From contig JAUCBJ010005946.1 of assembly GCA_032718475.1 (NCBI GenBank), forward strand, positions 18,644 through 82,643: a stretch of DNA of 64,000 bases, written 5' to 3'. This DNA is from Nemertoderma westbladi. Lineage: Eukaryota; Animalia; Xenacoelomorpha. Of this stretch, positions 24,916-39,603 are shown piece after piece (within the stretch, counting starts at the first letter, position 1; every line of letters starts with the position of its first letter). The notes under the pieces are model-generated. The model ran no database searches. It was given only the letters and a program-made list of their open reading frames with translations, and was not told where the DNA came from. Both the position numbers and the translations under genes were made by a program.

Positions 24916-26250
24916 ATCCACCTCCCCACATTCCCATCCTCCCGCACTCACATCTTCCCACATCCCCATCCTCCAACACTCACATCTTCCCACATTCCCA
25001 TCCTCCCACACTCATATCTTCCTACATTCCCATCCTCCCACACTCACATCTTCCCACATTCCCATCCTCCCACACTCACATCTTCCCACATTCCCATCCT
25101 CCCACACTCACATCCTCCCACATTCCCATCCTCCCACACTCACATCTTCCCACATTCCCATCCTCCCGCACTCACATCATCCCACATCCCCATCCTCCCA
25201 CACTCACATCTACCCACATTCCCATCTTCCCACACTCACATCTTCCCACATTCCCATCTTCCCACACTCACATCTTCCCACATTCCCATCCTCCCACACT
25301 CACATCTTCCAACATTTCCATCCTCCCACACTCACATCTTCCCACATTCCCATCTTCCCACACTCACATCTTCCCACATTCCCATCTTCCCACACTCACA
25401 TCTTCCCACATTCCCATCCTCCCACACTCACATCTTCCCACATTCCCATCCTCCCACACTCACATCTACCCATATTCCCATCTTCCCACACTCACATTTT
25501 CCCACATTCCCATCTTCCCACACTCACATCGTCCTACATTCCCATCCTCCCACACTCACATCTTCCAACATTTCCATCCTCCCACACTCACATCTTCCCA
25601 CATTCCCATCTTCCCACACTCACATCTTCCCACATTCCCATCCTCCCACACTCACATCTTCCCACATTCCCATCTTCCCACACTCACATCTTCCCACATT
25701 CCCATCTTCCCACACTCACATCTTCCCACATTCCCATCCTCCCACACTCACATCTTCCCACATTCCCATCCTCCCACACTCACATCTACCCACATTCCCA
25801 TCTTCCCACACTCACATCTTCCCACATTCCCATCTTCCCACACTCACATATTCCCACATTCCCATCCTCCCACACTCACATCTTCCAACATTCCCATCTT
25901 CCCACACTCACATCTTCCCACATTCCCATCCTCCCACACTCACATCTTCCCACATTCCCATCCTCCCACACTCACATCTTCCAACATTTTCATCCTCCCA
26001 CACTCACATCTTCCCACATTCCCATCTTCCCACACTCACATCTTCCCACATTCCCATCTTCCCACACTCACATCTTCCCACATTCCCATCCTCCCACACT
26101 CACATCTTCCCACATTCCCATCCTCCCACACTCACATCTTCCAACATTTTCATCCTCCCACACTCACATCTTCCCACATTCCCATCTTCCCACGCTCACA
26201 TCTTCCCACATTCCCATCCTCCCACACTCACATCTTCCCACATTCCATTC
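24916..26250. repeat. 32-bp (2x16) C-rich minisatellite, about 42 copies
   Basis: Unit CCCACACTCACATCTT-CCCACATTCCCATC(C/T)T; G is almost absent from the + strand. Confidence 0.97.
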
Positions 26251-26360
26251 TTCCATCTTCACACAATGCCACCCAATATGTCAAAGGGGGAGCTTCTGTA
26301 GAATAAAGTCGACGGCATCTCATGCCATCGCCGTATTGGCTCAGAGGACGAATTGGCTCA

Positions 26361-28043
26361 CCAGCTAACACCACCTAGCCCCACCTGGGTTAAAAAGCAA
26401 TCAGCTAACACCACCAGCCCCACCTGGGTTAACAACCAATCAGCTAACACCACCTAGCCCCATCTGGGAAAACAACCAATCAGCTAACACCACCGAGCCC
26501 CATCTGGGTTAACAACCAATCAGCTAACACCACCAAGCCCCACCTGTGTTAACAACCAATCAGCTAACACCACCAGCCCCACCTGGGTTAACAACCAATC
26601 AGCTAACACCACCTAGCCCCATCTGGGAAAACAACCAATCAGCTAACACCACCGAGCCCCACCTGGGTTAACAACCAATCAGCTAACACCACCAAGCCCC
26701 ACCTGGGTTAACAACCAATCAGCTAACACCAACTAGCCCCACCTCGTTTAACAACCAATCAGCTAACACCAACACCACCTAGCCCCACCTCTGTTAACAA
26801 CCAATCAGCTAACACCACCTATCCCCACCTGGGTTAACAAGCAATCGGCTAACACCACCAGCCCCACCTGGGTTAACAAGAAATCAGCAAATACCACCTA
26901 GCCCCACCTGGGTTAACAAGCAATCAGCTAACACCACCAGCCCCACCTGGGTTAACAAGCAATCAGCTAACACCACCTAGCCCCACCTGGGTTAACAAGC
27001 AATCAGCTAACACCACCTAGGCCCACCTGGGTTAACAACCAATCAGCTAACACCACCTAGCCCCACCTGGGTTAACAAGCAATTAGCTAACACCACCTAG
27101 CCCACCTTGGTTAACAAGCAATCAGCTAACACCACCTAGCCCCACCTGGGTTAACAACCAATCAGCTAACACCACCTAGCCCCACCTGGGATAACAAGCA
27201 ATCAGATAACACCACCAGCCCCACCTCGTTTAACAATCAAACAACTAACACCAACACCACCTAGCCCCAACTGAGTTAACAACCAATCAGCTAACACCAC
27301 CAGCTCCACCTGGGTTAACAAGCAATCAGCTAACACCACCTAGCCCCACCTGGGTTAACAATCAATCAGCTAACACCACCTAGCCCCACCTGGGATAACA
27401 AGCAATCAGCTAACACCACCAGCCACACCTGGGTGAACAAGCAATCAGCTAACACCACCTAGCCCCACCTTGGTTAACAAGCAATCAGCTAACATCACCA
27501 GCCCCACCTGGGTTAACAAGCAATCAGCTAACACCACCTAGCCCCACCTGGGTTAACAAGCAATCAGCTAACACCACCTAGGCCCACCTGGGTTAACAAC
27601 CAATCAGCTAACACCACCTAGCCCCACCTGGATTAACAACCAATCAGCTAACACCACCAGCCCCACCTGGGTTAACAACCAATCAGCTAACACCACCTAG
27701 CCCCATCTGGGAAAACAACCAATCAGCTAACACCACCGAGCCCCACCTGGGTTAATAACCAATCAGCTAACACCACCAAGCCCCACCTGGGTTAACAACC
27801 AATCAGCTAACACCACCAAGCCCCACCTGGGTTAACAACCAATCAGCTAACACCACCTAGCCCCACCTGGGTTAACAATCAATCAGCTAACACCACCAAG
27901 CCCCACCTGGGTTAACAACCAATCAGCTAACACCACCAAGCCCCACCTGGGTTAACAACCAATCAGCTAACACCACCTAGCCCCACCTGGGATAACAACC
28001 AATCAGTTAACACCACCTAGCCCCACCTGTAATAACAACCAAT
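26361..28043. repeat. 39-41-bp minisatellite, about 42 copies
   Basis: Unit CAGCTAACACCACCTAGCCCCACCTGGGTTAACAA(C/G)CAAT. Confidence 0.97.
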
Positions 28044-28700
28044 GTGGTGGACATTCATTAAGGATATTGGCAGTGAAATCAACAGAGGACTTGCCTAGAA
28101 TGAACTGATATCGTTTTTAAACTCCTTCTTGAACAATGAACATCTCCTCATCCCCTTCAACAGAGGTGTACGGTTAATGGCACCTTAATCGCTAACAGTT
28201 TCTCATGTTCCCTTATCATCAGAGTACAATTGCTTTGATTTTGTTTTTAAGTTTTGTTCTACATTATCTTAATCCACACACAGTGAACTATAAAATGAAC
28301 GAAATCATTGTATGTCTTCACCCGAGTCCAGAATATGTATGTATGGATGGAGGTTGTTGTTATTAATTTTTTATATGTCATCCGAAACATATTGTTTCAC
28401 AGCAAGGAGTTCCAGGACGGTGTGGTTATTGGCAATACTGTTCGTTCAGCCATTAAAGCCATTTGGGTAACCACTGGTTTCTTGAGTGACTGACTCTATT
28501 TGAATTATGTTTAAAGGCATTCCACAATTACTCCAATGGAGTGCCAAAAAATCAACTAGGAAGAGGTTGAGAATGAATCCATAACATGGGGATCCTACTT
28601 AGAGTAAAAGTCACATGCTCCGGTCATATTATTTGCATTGTCGGTGACAATGGCAGTTCAATGGTCGTAGTATCAAACAACCTTCATCTTGAAGGTGAAC
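28044..28700 (-). mobile_element. Probable degraded hAT transposase relic
   Basis: The minus strand has AIVTDNANNM, then (frameshifted) CYGFILNL resembling the hAT CxxHxLNL motif, and later KRYQFILG...TANILN. There are many stops. Confidence 0.45.
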
Positions 28701-28863
28701 CTCTCCCCAATGAATTAAAAGATAATGAAAAAATTTATGATATCATTGAATGAAGAAACATTATAGAAAAGTTGTATACAGTGTGCAATAAAGTATGCAA
28801 TTTGCTTGTGGATTTCCATAGTAAATTAAAGTTCAATATTTAAAGATGAGTGATAGATCAAGA

Positions 28864-29031
28864 TCAAGCATCAACTTCTATTGCGTTAGGTTGAGTAGCT
28901 GGTAGATCAGTAGGTGATTGGATGTTTCCTTCCTCTACCATGCCCTCGCCCTGTGATTGGCCACTCTCTTCAGCATGACGTCTGGCTGCCAGAATTGCCT
29001 CGTTGGTTACTTTAACTTCGTAGTCCACAGG
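28864..29031 (-). CDS. LRRC34: LRRC34 terminal coding exon (exon 6)
   Basis: tttttctag acceptor; PVDYEVKVTNEAILAARRH...IEVDA*; phase 0 matches the donor at 40423. Confidence 0.8.
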   Translation of the reverse strand, partial: PVDYEVKVTNEAILAARRHAEESGQSQGEGMVEEGNIQSPTDLPATQPNAIEVDA

Positions 29032-32000
29032 CTAGAAAAACAATTTCAATAGAATAGACTATTTATTTCCGCGATTTACATTCCACGACGTCCTAGCATA
29101 GTACGCAGTGAACTTGTTTATCCGTTTTCACCCAAACAACACCGGACTGGAGAAAATCAGCTACGTTATAAACGTATTGTAGAGGATCTCTGACTTCTGA
29201 TTGGTGGAAATTTGCCGGGAGGAAATTATATAGGCCTAAATGATATTCGTTTACTTTTATTATTGAATGGTGACGTTATACAAAGGTATTTATCAAAATT
29301 AGACCCATTTTGTTTTTTATTATTAAATTTGCTGATTTTGGAACAAATTTCATGGTATTAATTTCAATGCATACTATTACTATTATAGATTTATTATAGA
29401 ATTATATATTATTATATACTGCCTACTATTATAGATATCGCTTCTACAGTATTCAGGTAATGGAAATCGGAGCCAATAAATAAACGTTGATTAGTGGAAA
29501 GTATTGCAAGTTCCACCTTGATTTAGTGGATATTGAATTTACATCTCTCGGAGGTCGTGGGTTCAATCCTCGCTGTAATAAAGCGACCAATAGGAGGCGT
29601 GCTACCTGTTTGTAATAAAGCAACCAATATATATGAGGCGTGCTACCTGTGTGTAATAAAGAAACCAATATCTATGACGTGTGCTACTTGTGTGTAATAA
29701 TATAAAGCAACCAATAGGAGGCGTGCTACATGTGTGTAATAAAGCAACCAATAGGAGGCGTGCTACCTGTGTGTGATAAAGCAACCAATACCTATGAGGC
29801 GTGCTACCTGTGTGTAATAAAGCAACCAATATCTATGAGGCGTGTTGTTACCTGTGTGTATTATAGCAACCAATATCTATGAGGCGTGCTACCTGTGTGT
29901 AATAAAGCAACCAATATCAATGAGGCGTGTTACCTGTTTGTAATAAAGCAACCAATGTCTATGAGGCGTGTTGTTACCTGTGTGTAATATAGCAACCAAT
30001 ATCTATGAGGCGTGCTACCTGTGTGTAATAAAGCAACCAATATCTATGAGGCGTTCTACCTGTGTGTAATAAAGCAACCAATATCAATGAGGCGTGTTGT
30101 TACCTGTGTGTATTATAGCAACCAATATCTATGAGGCGTGCTACCTGTGTGTAATAAAGCAACCAATATCTATGAGGCATGTTACCTGTGTGTAATAAAG
30201 AAACCAATATCAATGACGTGTGCTACTTGTGTGTAATAATATAAAGCAGCCAATAGGAGGCGTGCTACATGTGTGTAATAAAGCAACCAATATCAATGAG
30301 GCGTGCTACATGTGTGTAATGAAGCAACCAATAGGAGGCGTGCTACCTGTGTGTAATAAAGCAACCAATATCTATGAGGCGTGTTGTTACCTGTGTGTAA
30401 TAAAGAAACCAATATCTATGACGTGTGCTACTTGTGTGTAATAATATAAAGCAACCAATAGGAGGCGTGCTACATGTGTGTAATAAAGCAACCAATATCA
30501 ATGAGGCGTGCTACATGTGTGTAATGAAGCAACCAATAGGAGGCGTGCTACCTGTGTGTAATAAAGCAACCAATATATATGAGGCGTGCTACCTGTGCGT
30601 AATAAAGCAACCAATATATATGAGTCGTGCTACTTGTGTGAAATATAAAGCGACCAATAGGAGGCGTGCTACCTGTGTGTAATAAAGCAACCAATAGGAG
30701 GCGTGCTACCTGTGTGTAATAAAGCAACCAATAGGAGGCGTGCTACCTGTGTGTAATAAAGCAACCAATATCAATGAGGCGTGTTACCTGTTTGTAATAA
30801 AGCAACCAATGTCTATGAGGCGTGTTGTTACCTGTGTGTAATATAGCAACCAATATCTATGAGGCGTGCTACCTGTGTGTAATAAAGCAACCAATATCTA
30901 TGAGGCGTGCTACCTGTGTGTAATAAAGCAACCAATAGGAGGCGTGCTACCTGTGTGTAATAAAGCAACCAATATCAATGAGGCGTGTTACCTGTTTGTA
31001 ATAAAGCAACCAATGTCTATGAGGCGTGTTGTTACCTGTGTGTAATATAGCAACCAATACCTATGAGGCGTGCTACCTGTGTGTAATAAAGCAACCAATA
31101 TTTATGAGGCATGCTACCTGTATGTAATGAAGCAACCAATAGGAGGCGTGCTACCTGTGTGTAATATGCTACCAATAACTATGAGGCGTGCTACCTGTGT
31201 GTAATAAAGCAACCAATAGGAGGCGGGATACCTGTGTGTAATATGCTACCAATATCTATAAGGCGTGCCACCTGTGTGTAATATGCTACCAATATCTATA
31301 AGGCGTGCTACATGTGTGTAATAAAGCAACCAATAGGAGGCGTGCTACCTGTGTGTAATATGCTACCAATAACTATGAGGCGTGCTACCTGTGTGTAATA
31401 AAGCAACCAATAGGAGGCGGGCTACCTGTGTGTAATATGCTACCAATATCTATAAGGCGTGCTACCTGTGTGTAATATGCTACCAATATCTATAAGGCGT
31501 GCTACATGTGTGTAATAAAGCAACCAATATATATGAGGCGTGCTACCTGTGCGAAATGAAGCAACCAATAGGAGGCGTGCTACCTGTGTGTAATAAAGCA
31601 ACCAATATCAATGAGGCGTGCTACCTGTGTGTAATAAAGCAACCAATATCAATGAGGCGTGCTACCTGTGTGTAATAAAGCAACCAATATCTATGAGGCG
31701 TGCTACCTGTGTGTAATAAAGCAACCAATAGGAGGCGTGCTACCTGTGTGTAATAAAGCAACCAATAGGAAGCGTGCTACCTGTGTGTAATAAAGCAACC
31801 AATATCAATGAGGCGTGCTACCTGTGTGTAATAAAGCAACCAATAGGAGGCGTGCTACCTGTGTGTAATAAAGCAACCAATTGGAGGCATGCTACCTGTG
31901 TGTAATGAAGCAACCAATAGGAGGCGTGATAACTGTGTGTATAATAAAGCAACCAATATATATGAGGCGTGCTACCTGTGTGTAATAAAGCAACCAATTG

Positions 32001-35000
32001 GAGGCGTGCTATCTGTGTGTAATGAAGCAACCAATAGGAGGCGTGCTACCTGTGTTAATAAAACAACCAATAGGAGGCGTGCTACCTCGTATGTAATGAA
32101 GCAACCAATAGGAGGCGTGCTACCTGTGTGTAATAAAGCAACCAATATATATGAGGCGTGCTACCTGTATGTATGTAATGAAGCAACCAATAGGAGGCGT
32201 GCTACCTGTGTGTAATAAAGCAACCAATATATATGAGGCGTGCTACCTGTTTGTAATGAAGCAACCAATAGGAGGCGTGCTACCTGTGTGTAATAAAGCA
32301 ACCAATATCTATGAGGCGTGCTACTTGTGTGTAATATAAAGCAACCAATAGGAGGCGTGCTACCTGTGTGTAATAAAGCAACCAATATATATGAGGCGTG
32401 CTACCTGTATGTATGTAATGAAGCAACCAATAGGAGGCGTGCTACCTGTATGTAATAAAGCAACCAATATCAATGAGGCGTGCTACCTGTGTATAATAAA
32501 GCAACCAATATATCTGAGGCGTGCTACATGTGCGAAATGAAGCAACCAATAGGAGGCGTGCTCCCTGTGTGTAATAAAGCAACCAATATCTATGAGGCGT
32601 GCTACCTGTATGTAATGAAGCAACCAATAGGAGGCGTGCTACCTGTGTGTAATAAAGCAACCAATATCTATGAGGCGTGCTACTTGTGTGTAATATAAAG
32701 CAACCAATAGGAGGCGTGATACCTGTGTGTAATAAAGCAACCAATATATATGAGGCGTGCTACCTGTGTGAAATGAAGCGACCAATATCTATGAGGCGTG
32801 CTACCTGTGTGTAATAAAGCAACTAATATCTATAAGGTGTGCTACCTGTGTGTAATGAAGCAACCAATATGAGGCGTGCTACCTGTGTGTAATGAAGCAA
32901 CCAATAGGAGTCGTGCTACCTGTGTGTAATGAAGCAACCAATAGGAGGCGTTCTACCTGTGTGTAATAAAGCAACCAATAGGAGGCGTGCTACCTGTGTG
33001 TAATAAAGCAACCAATATCTACGAGGCGTGCTACCTGTGTGTAATAAAGCAACCAATAGGAGGCGTTCTACCTGTGTGTAATAAAGAAACCAATAGGAGG
33101 CGTTCTACCTGTGTGTAATAAAGCAACCAATAGGAGGCGTGCTACCTGTGTGTAATAAAGCAACCAATATTTATGAGGCATGCTATCTGTATGTAATGAA
33201 GCAACCAATAGGAGGCGTGCTACCTGTGTGTAATAAAGCAACTAATATCTATAAGGTGTGCTACCTGTGTGTAATGAAGCAACCAATAGGAGGCGTGCTA
33301 CCTGTGTGTAATGAAGCAACCAATAGGAGTCGTGCTACCTGTGTGTAATAAAGCAACCCATAGGAGGCGTGCTACCTGTGTGTAATAAAGCAACCAATAT
33401 CTATGAGGCGTGCTACCTGTATGTATGTAATGAAGCAACCAATAGGAGGCGTGTTACCTGTGTGTAATAAAGCAACCAATATTTATGAGGCATGCTACCT
33501 GTATGTAATGAAGCAACCAATAGGAGGCGTGCTACCTGTGTGTAATATGCTACCAATAACTATGAGGCGTGCTACCTGTGTGTAATAAAGCAACCAATAG
33601 GAGGCGGGCTACCTGTGTGTAATATGCTACCAATATCTATAAGGCGTGCCACCTGTGTGTAATATGCTACCAATATCTATAAGGCGTGCTACATGTGTGT
33701 AATAAAGCAACCAATAGGAGGCGTGCTACCTGTGTGTAATATGCTACCAATAACTATGAGGCGTGCTACCTGTGTGTAATAAAGCAACCAATAGGAGGCG
33801 GGCTACCTGTGTGTAATATGCTACCAATATCTATAAGGCGTGCTACCTGTGTGTAATATGCTACCAATATCTATAAGGCGTGCTACATGTGTGTAATAAA
33901 GCAACCAATATCTATAAGGTGTGCTACCTGTGTGTAATGAAGCAACCAATATGAGGCGTGCTACCTGTGTGTAATGAAGCAACCAATAGGAGTCGTGCTA
34001 CCTGTGTGTAATGAAGCAACCAATAGGAGGCGTTCTACCTGTGTGTAATAAAGCAACCAATAGGAGGCGTGCTACCTGTGTGTAATAAAGCAACCAATAT
34101 CTACGAGGCGTGCTACCTGTGTGTAATAAAGCAACCAATAGGAGGCGTTCTACCTGTGTGTAATAAAGAAACCAATAGGAGGCGTTCTACCTGTGTGTAA
34201 TAAAGCAACCAATAGGAGGCGTGCTACCTGTGTGTAATAAAGCAACCAATATTTATGAGGCATGCTACCTGTATGTAATGAAGCAACCAATAGGAGGCGT
34301 GCTACCTGTGTGTAATAAAGCAACTAATATCTATAAGGTGTGCTACCTGTGTGTAATGAAGCAACCAATAGGAGGCGTGCTACCTGTGTGTAATGAAGCA
34401 ACCAATAGGAGTCGTGCTACCTGTGTGTAATAAAGCAACCCATAGGAGGCGTGCTACCTGTGTGTAATAAAGCAACCAATATCTATGAGGCGTGCTACCT
34501 GTATGTATGTAATGAAGCAACCAATAGGAGGCGTGTTACCTGTGTGAAATAAAGCAACCAATATTTATGAGGCATGCTACCTGTATGTAATGAAGCAACC
34601 AATAGGAGGCGTGCTACCTGTGTGTAATATGCTACCAATAACTATGAGGCGTGCTACCTGTGTGTAATAAAGCAACCAATAGGAGGCGGGCTACCTGTGT
34701 GTAATATGCTACCAATATCTATAAGGCGTGCCACCTGTGTGTAATATGCTACCAATATCTATAAGGCGTGCTACATGTGTGTAATAAAGCAACCAATAGG
34801 AGGCGTGCTACCTGTGTGTAATATGCTACCAATAACTATGAGGCGTGCTACCTGTGTGTAATAAAGCAACCAATAGGAGGCGGGCTACCTGTGTGTAATA
34901 TGCTACCAATATCTATAAGGCGTGCTACCTGTGTGTAATATGCTACCAATATCTATAAGGCGTGCTACATGTGTGTAATAAAGCAACCAATATATATGAG

Positions 35001-38000
35001 GCGTGCTACCTGTGCGAAATGAAGCAACCAATAGGAGGCGTGCTACCTGTGTGTAATAAAGCAACCAATATCAATGAGGCGTGCTACCTGTGAGTAATAA
35101 AGCAACCAATATCAATGAGGCGTGCTACCTGTGTGTAATAAAGCAACCAATATCTATGAGGCGTGCTACCTGTGTGTAATAAAGCAACCAATAGGAGGCG
35201 TGCTACCTGTGTGTAATAAAGCAACCAATAGGAGGCGTGCTACCTGTGTGTAATAAAGCAACCAATATCAATGAGGCGTACCTGTGTGTAATAAAGCAAC
35301 CAATAGGAGGCGTGCTACCTGTGTGTAATAAAGCAACCAATTGGAGGCATGCTACCTGTGTGTAATTAAGCAACCAATAGGAGGCGTGCTACCTGTGTGT
35401 ATAATAAAGCAACCAATATATATGAGGCGTGCTACCTGTGTGTAATAAAGCAACCAATTGGAGGCGTGCTATCTGTGTGTAATGAAGCAACCAATAGGAG
35501 GCGTGCTACCTGTGTTAATAAAACAACCAATAGGAGGCGTGCTACCTCGTATGTAATGAAGCAACCAATAGGAGGCGTGCTACCTGTGTGTAATAAAGCA
35601 ACCAATATATATGAGGCGTGCTACCTGTATGTATGTAATGAAGCAACCAATAGGAGGCGTGCTACCTGTGTGTAATAAAGCAACCAATATATATGAGGCG
35701 TGCTACCTGTTTGTAATGAAGCAACCAATAGGAGGCGTGCTACCTGTGTGTAATAAAGCAACCAATATCTATGAGGCGTGCTACTTGTGTGTAATATAAA
35801 GCAACCAATAGGAGGCGTGCTACCTGTGTGTAATAAAGCAACTAATATCTATAAGGTGTGCTACCTGTGTGTAATGAAGCAACCAATAGGAGGCGTGCTA
35901 CCTGTGTGTAATGAAGCAACCAACAGGAGTCGTGCTACCTGTGTGTAATAAAGCAACCCATAGGAGGCGTGCTACCTGTGTGTAATAAAGCAACCAATAT
36001 CTATGAGGCGTGCTACCTGTATGTATGTAATGAAGCAACCAATAGGAGGCGTGTTACCTGTGTGTAATAAAGCAACCAATATTTATGAGGCATGCTACCT
36101 GTATGTAATGAAGCAACCAATAGGAGGCGTGCTACCTGTGTGTAATATGCTACCAATAACTATGAGGCGTGCTACCTGTGTGTAATAAAGCAACCAATAG
36201 GAGGCGGGCTACCTGTGTGTAATATGCTACCAATATCTATAAGGCGTGCCACCTGTGTGTAATATGCTACCAATATCTATAAGGCGTGCTACATGTGTGT
36301 AATAAAGCAACCAATAGGAGGCGTGCTACCTGTGTGTAATATGCTACCAATAACTATGAGGCGTGCTACCTGTGTGTAATAAAGCAACCAATAGGAGGCG
36401 GGCTACCTGTGTGTAATATGCTACCAATATCTATAAGGCGTGCTACCTGTGTGTAATATGCTACCAATATCTATAAGGCGTGCTACATGTGTGTAATAAA
36501 GCAACCAATATCTATAAGGTGTGCTACCTGTGTGTAATGAAGCAACCAATATGAGGCGTGCTACCTGTGTGTAATGAAGCAACCAATAGGAGTCGTGCTA
36601 CCTGTGTGTAATGAAGCAACCAATAGGAGGCGTTCTACCTGTGTGTAATAAAGCAACCAATAGGAGGCGTGCTACCTGTGTGTAATAAAGCAACCAATAT
36701 CTACGAGGCGTGCTACCTGTGTGTAATAAAGCAACCAATAGGAGGCGTTCTACCTGTGTGTAATAAAGAAACCAATAGGAGGCGTTCTACCTGTGTGTAA
36801 TAAAGCAACCAATATTTATGAGGCATGCTACCTGTATGTAATGAAGCAACCAATAGGAGGCGTGCTACCTGTGTGTAATAAAGCAACTAATATCTATAAG
36901 GTGTGCTACCTGTGTGTAATGAAGCAACCAATAGGAGGCGTGCTACCTGTGTGTAATGAAGCAACCAATAGGAGTCGTGCTACCTGTGTGTAATAAAGCA
37001 ACCCATAGGAGGCGTGCTACCTGTGTGTAATAAAGCAACCAATATCTATGAGGCGTGCTACCTGTATGTATGTAATGAAGCAACCAATAGGAGGCGTGTT
37101 ACCTGTGTGTAATAAAGCAACCAATATTTATGAGGCATGCTACCTGTATGTAATGAAGCAACCAATAGGAGGCGTGCTACCTGTGTGTAATATGCTACCA
37201 ATAACTATGAGGCGTGCTACCTGTGTGTAATAAAGCAACCAATAGGAGGCGGGCTACCTGTGTGTAATATGCTACCAATATCTATAAGGCGTGCCACCTG
37301 TGTGTAATATGCTACCAATATCTATAAGGCGTGCTACATGTGTGTAATAAAGCAACCAATAGGAGGCGTGCTACCTGTGTGTAATATGCTACCAATAACT
37401 ATGAGGCGTGCTACCTGTGTGTAATAAAGCAACCAATAGGAGGCGGGCTACCTGTGTGTAATATGCTACCAATATCTATAAGGCGTGCTACCTGTGTGTA
37501 ATATGCTACCAATATCTATAAGGCGTGCTACATGTGTGTAATAAAGCAACCAATATATATGAGGCGTGCTACCTGTGCGAAATGAAGCAACCAATAGGAG
37601 GCGTGCTACCTGTGTGTAATAAAGCAACCAATATCAATGAGGCGTGCTACCTGTGAGTAATAAAGCAACCAATATCAATGAGGCGTGCTACCTGTGTGTA
37701 ATAAAGCAACCAATATCTATGAGGCGTGCTACCTGTGTGTAATAAAGCAACCAATAGGAGGCGTGCTACCTGTGTGTAATAAAGCAACCAATAGGAGGCG
37801 TGCTACCTGTGTGTAATAAAGCAACCAATATCAATGAGGCGTACCTGTGTGTAATAAAGCAACCAATAGGAGGCGTGCTACCTGTGTGTAATAAAGCAAC
37901 CAATTGGAGGCATGCTACCTGTGTGTAATTAAGCAACCAATAGGAGGCGTGCTACCTGTGTGTATAATAAAGCAACCAATATATATGAGGCGTGCTACCT

Positions 38001-39013
38001 GTGTGTAATAAAGCAACCAATTGGAGGCGTGCTATCTGTGTGTAATGAAGCAACCAATAGGAGGCGTGCTACCTGTGTTAATAAAACAACCAATAGGAGG
38101 CGTGCTACCTCGTATGTAATGAAGCAACCAATAGGAGGCGTGCTACCTGTGTGTAATAAAGCAACCAATATATATGAGGCGTGCTACCTGTATGTATGTA
38201 ATGAAGCAACCAATAGGAGGCGTGCTACCTGTGTGTAATAAAGCAACCAATATATATGAGGCGTGCTACCTGTTTGTAATGAAGCAACCAATAGGAGGCG
38301 TGCTACCTGTGTGTAATAAAGCAACCAATATCTATGAGGCGTGCTACTTGTGTGTAATATAAAGCAACCAATAGGAGGCGTGCTACCTGTGTGTAATAAA
38401 GCAACCAATATATATGAGGCGTGCTACCTGTATGTATGTAATGAAGCAACCAATAGGAGGCGTGCTACCTGTATGTAATAAAGCAACCAATATCAATGAG
38501 GCGTGCTACCTGTGTATAATAAAGCAACCAATATATCTGAGGCGTGCTACATGTGCGAAATGAAGCAACCAATAGGAGGCGTGCTCCCTGTGTGTAATAA
38601 AGCAACCAATATCTATGAGGCGTGCTACCTGTATGTAATGAAGCAACCAATAGGAGGCGTGCTACCTGTGTGTAATAAAGCAACCAATAGGAGGCGTGCT
38701 ACCTGTGTGAAATGAAGCAACCAATAGGAGGCGTGCTACCTGTGTGTAATAAAGCAACCAATAGGAGGAGTGCTACCTGTGTGTAATATGCTACCAATAT
38801 CTATAAGGCGTGCTACCTGTGTGTAATAAAGCAACCAATATATATGAGGCGTGCTACATGTGTGTAATAAAGCAACCAATATATATGAGGCGTGCTACCT
38901 GTGTGAAATGAAGCAACCAATAGGAGGCGTGCTACCTGTGTGAAATGAAGCAACCAATAGGAGGCGTGCTACCTGTGTGTAATGAAGCAACCAATAGGAG
39001 GCGTGCAATAGGA

Positions 39014-39094
39014 GGAGTTGTGGCGGTGCAATTTTGTTGACAAGCCGGCACAGCATTCTTAAAAATGCAGCTGCAATGCAGCATGCCGATCCTA
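39014..39094 (+). mobile_element. 5'-truncated RTE 3' end inserted in the satellite (copy 1)
   Basis: GGAGTTGTGGCGGTGCAATTTTGTTGACAAGCCGGCACAGCATTCTTAAAAATGCAG matches 4344-4420. Confidence 0.9.
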
Positions 39095-39522
39095 GTGCTA
39101 CCTGTGTGTAATAAAGCACCAATAGGAGGCGTGCTACCTGTGTGTAATGAAGCAACCAATAGGAGGCGTGCTACCTGTGTGAAATGAAGCAACCAATAGG
39201 AGGCGTGCTACCTGTGTGAAATGAAGCAACCAATAGGAGGCGTGCTACCTGTGTGAAATGAAGCAACCAATAGGAGGAGTGCTACCTGTGTGTAATGTGC
39301 TACCAATATCTATAAGGCGTGCTACCTGTGTGTAATAAAGCAACCAATATATATGAGGCGTGCTACATGTGTGTAATAAAGCAACCAATATATATGAGGC
39401 GTGCTACCTGTGTGAAATGAAGCAACCAATAGGAGGCGTGCTACCTGTGTGAAATGAAGCAACCAATAGGAGGCGTGCTACCTGTGTGTAATGAAGCAAC
39501 CAATAGGAGGCGTGCAATAGGA

Positions 39523-39603
39523 GGAGTTGTGGCGGTGCAATTTTGTTGACAAGCCGGCACAGCATTCTTAAAAATGCAGCTGCAATGCAGCATGCCGATC
39601 CTA
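39523..39603 (+). mobile_element. 5'-truncated RTE 3' end inserted in the satellite (copy 2, duplicated with its flanks)
   Basis: Identical to 39014-39094 and located 509 bp downstream. Confidence 0.9.

Noticed and set aside
24864-26306. 480-aa and 469-aa His/Pro-rich proteins
   Set aside because: These are translations of a G-free 32-bp repeat. The unit is not a multiple of 3, the same peptides appear in both frames, and the region lies after the gene's stop codon.
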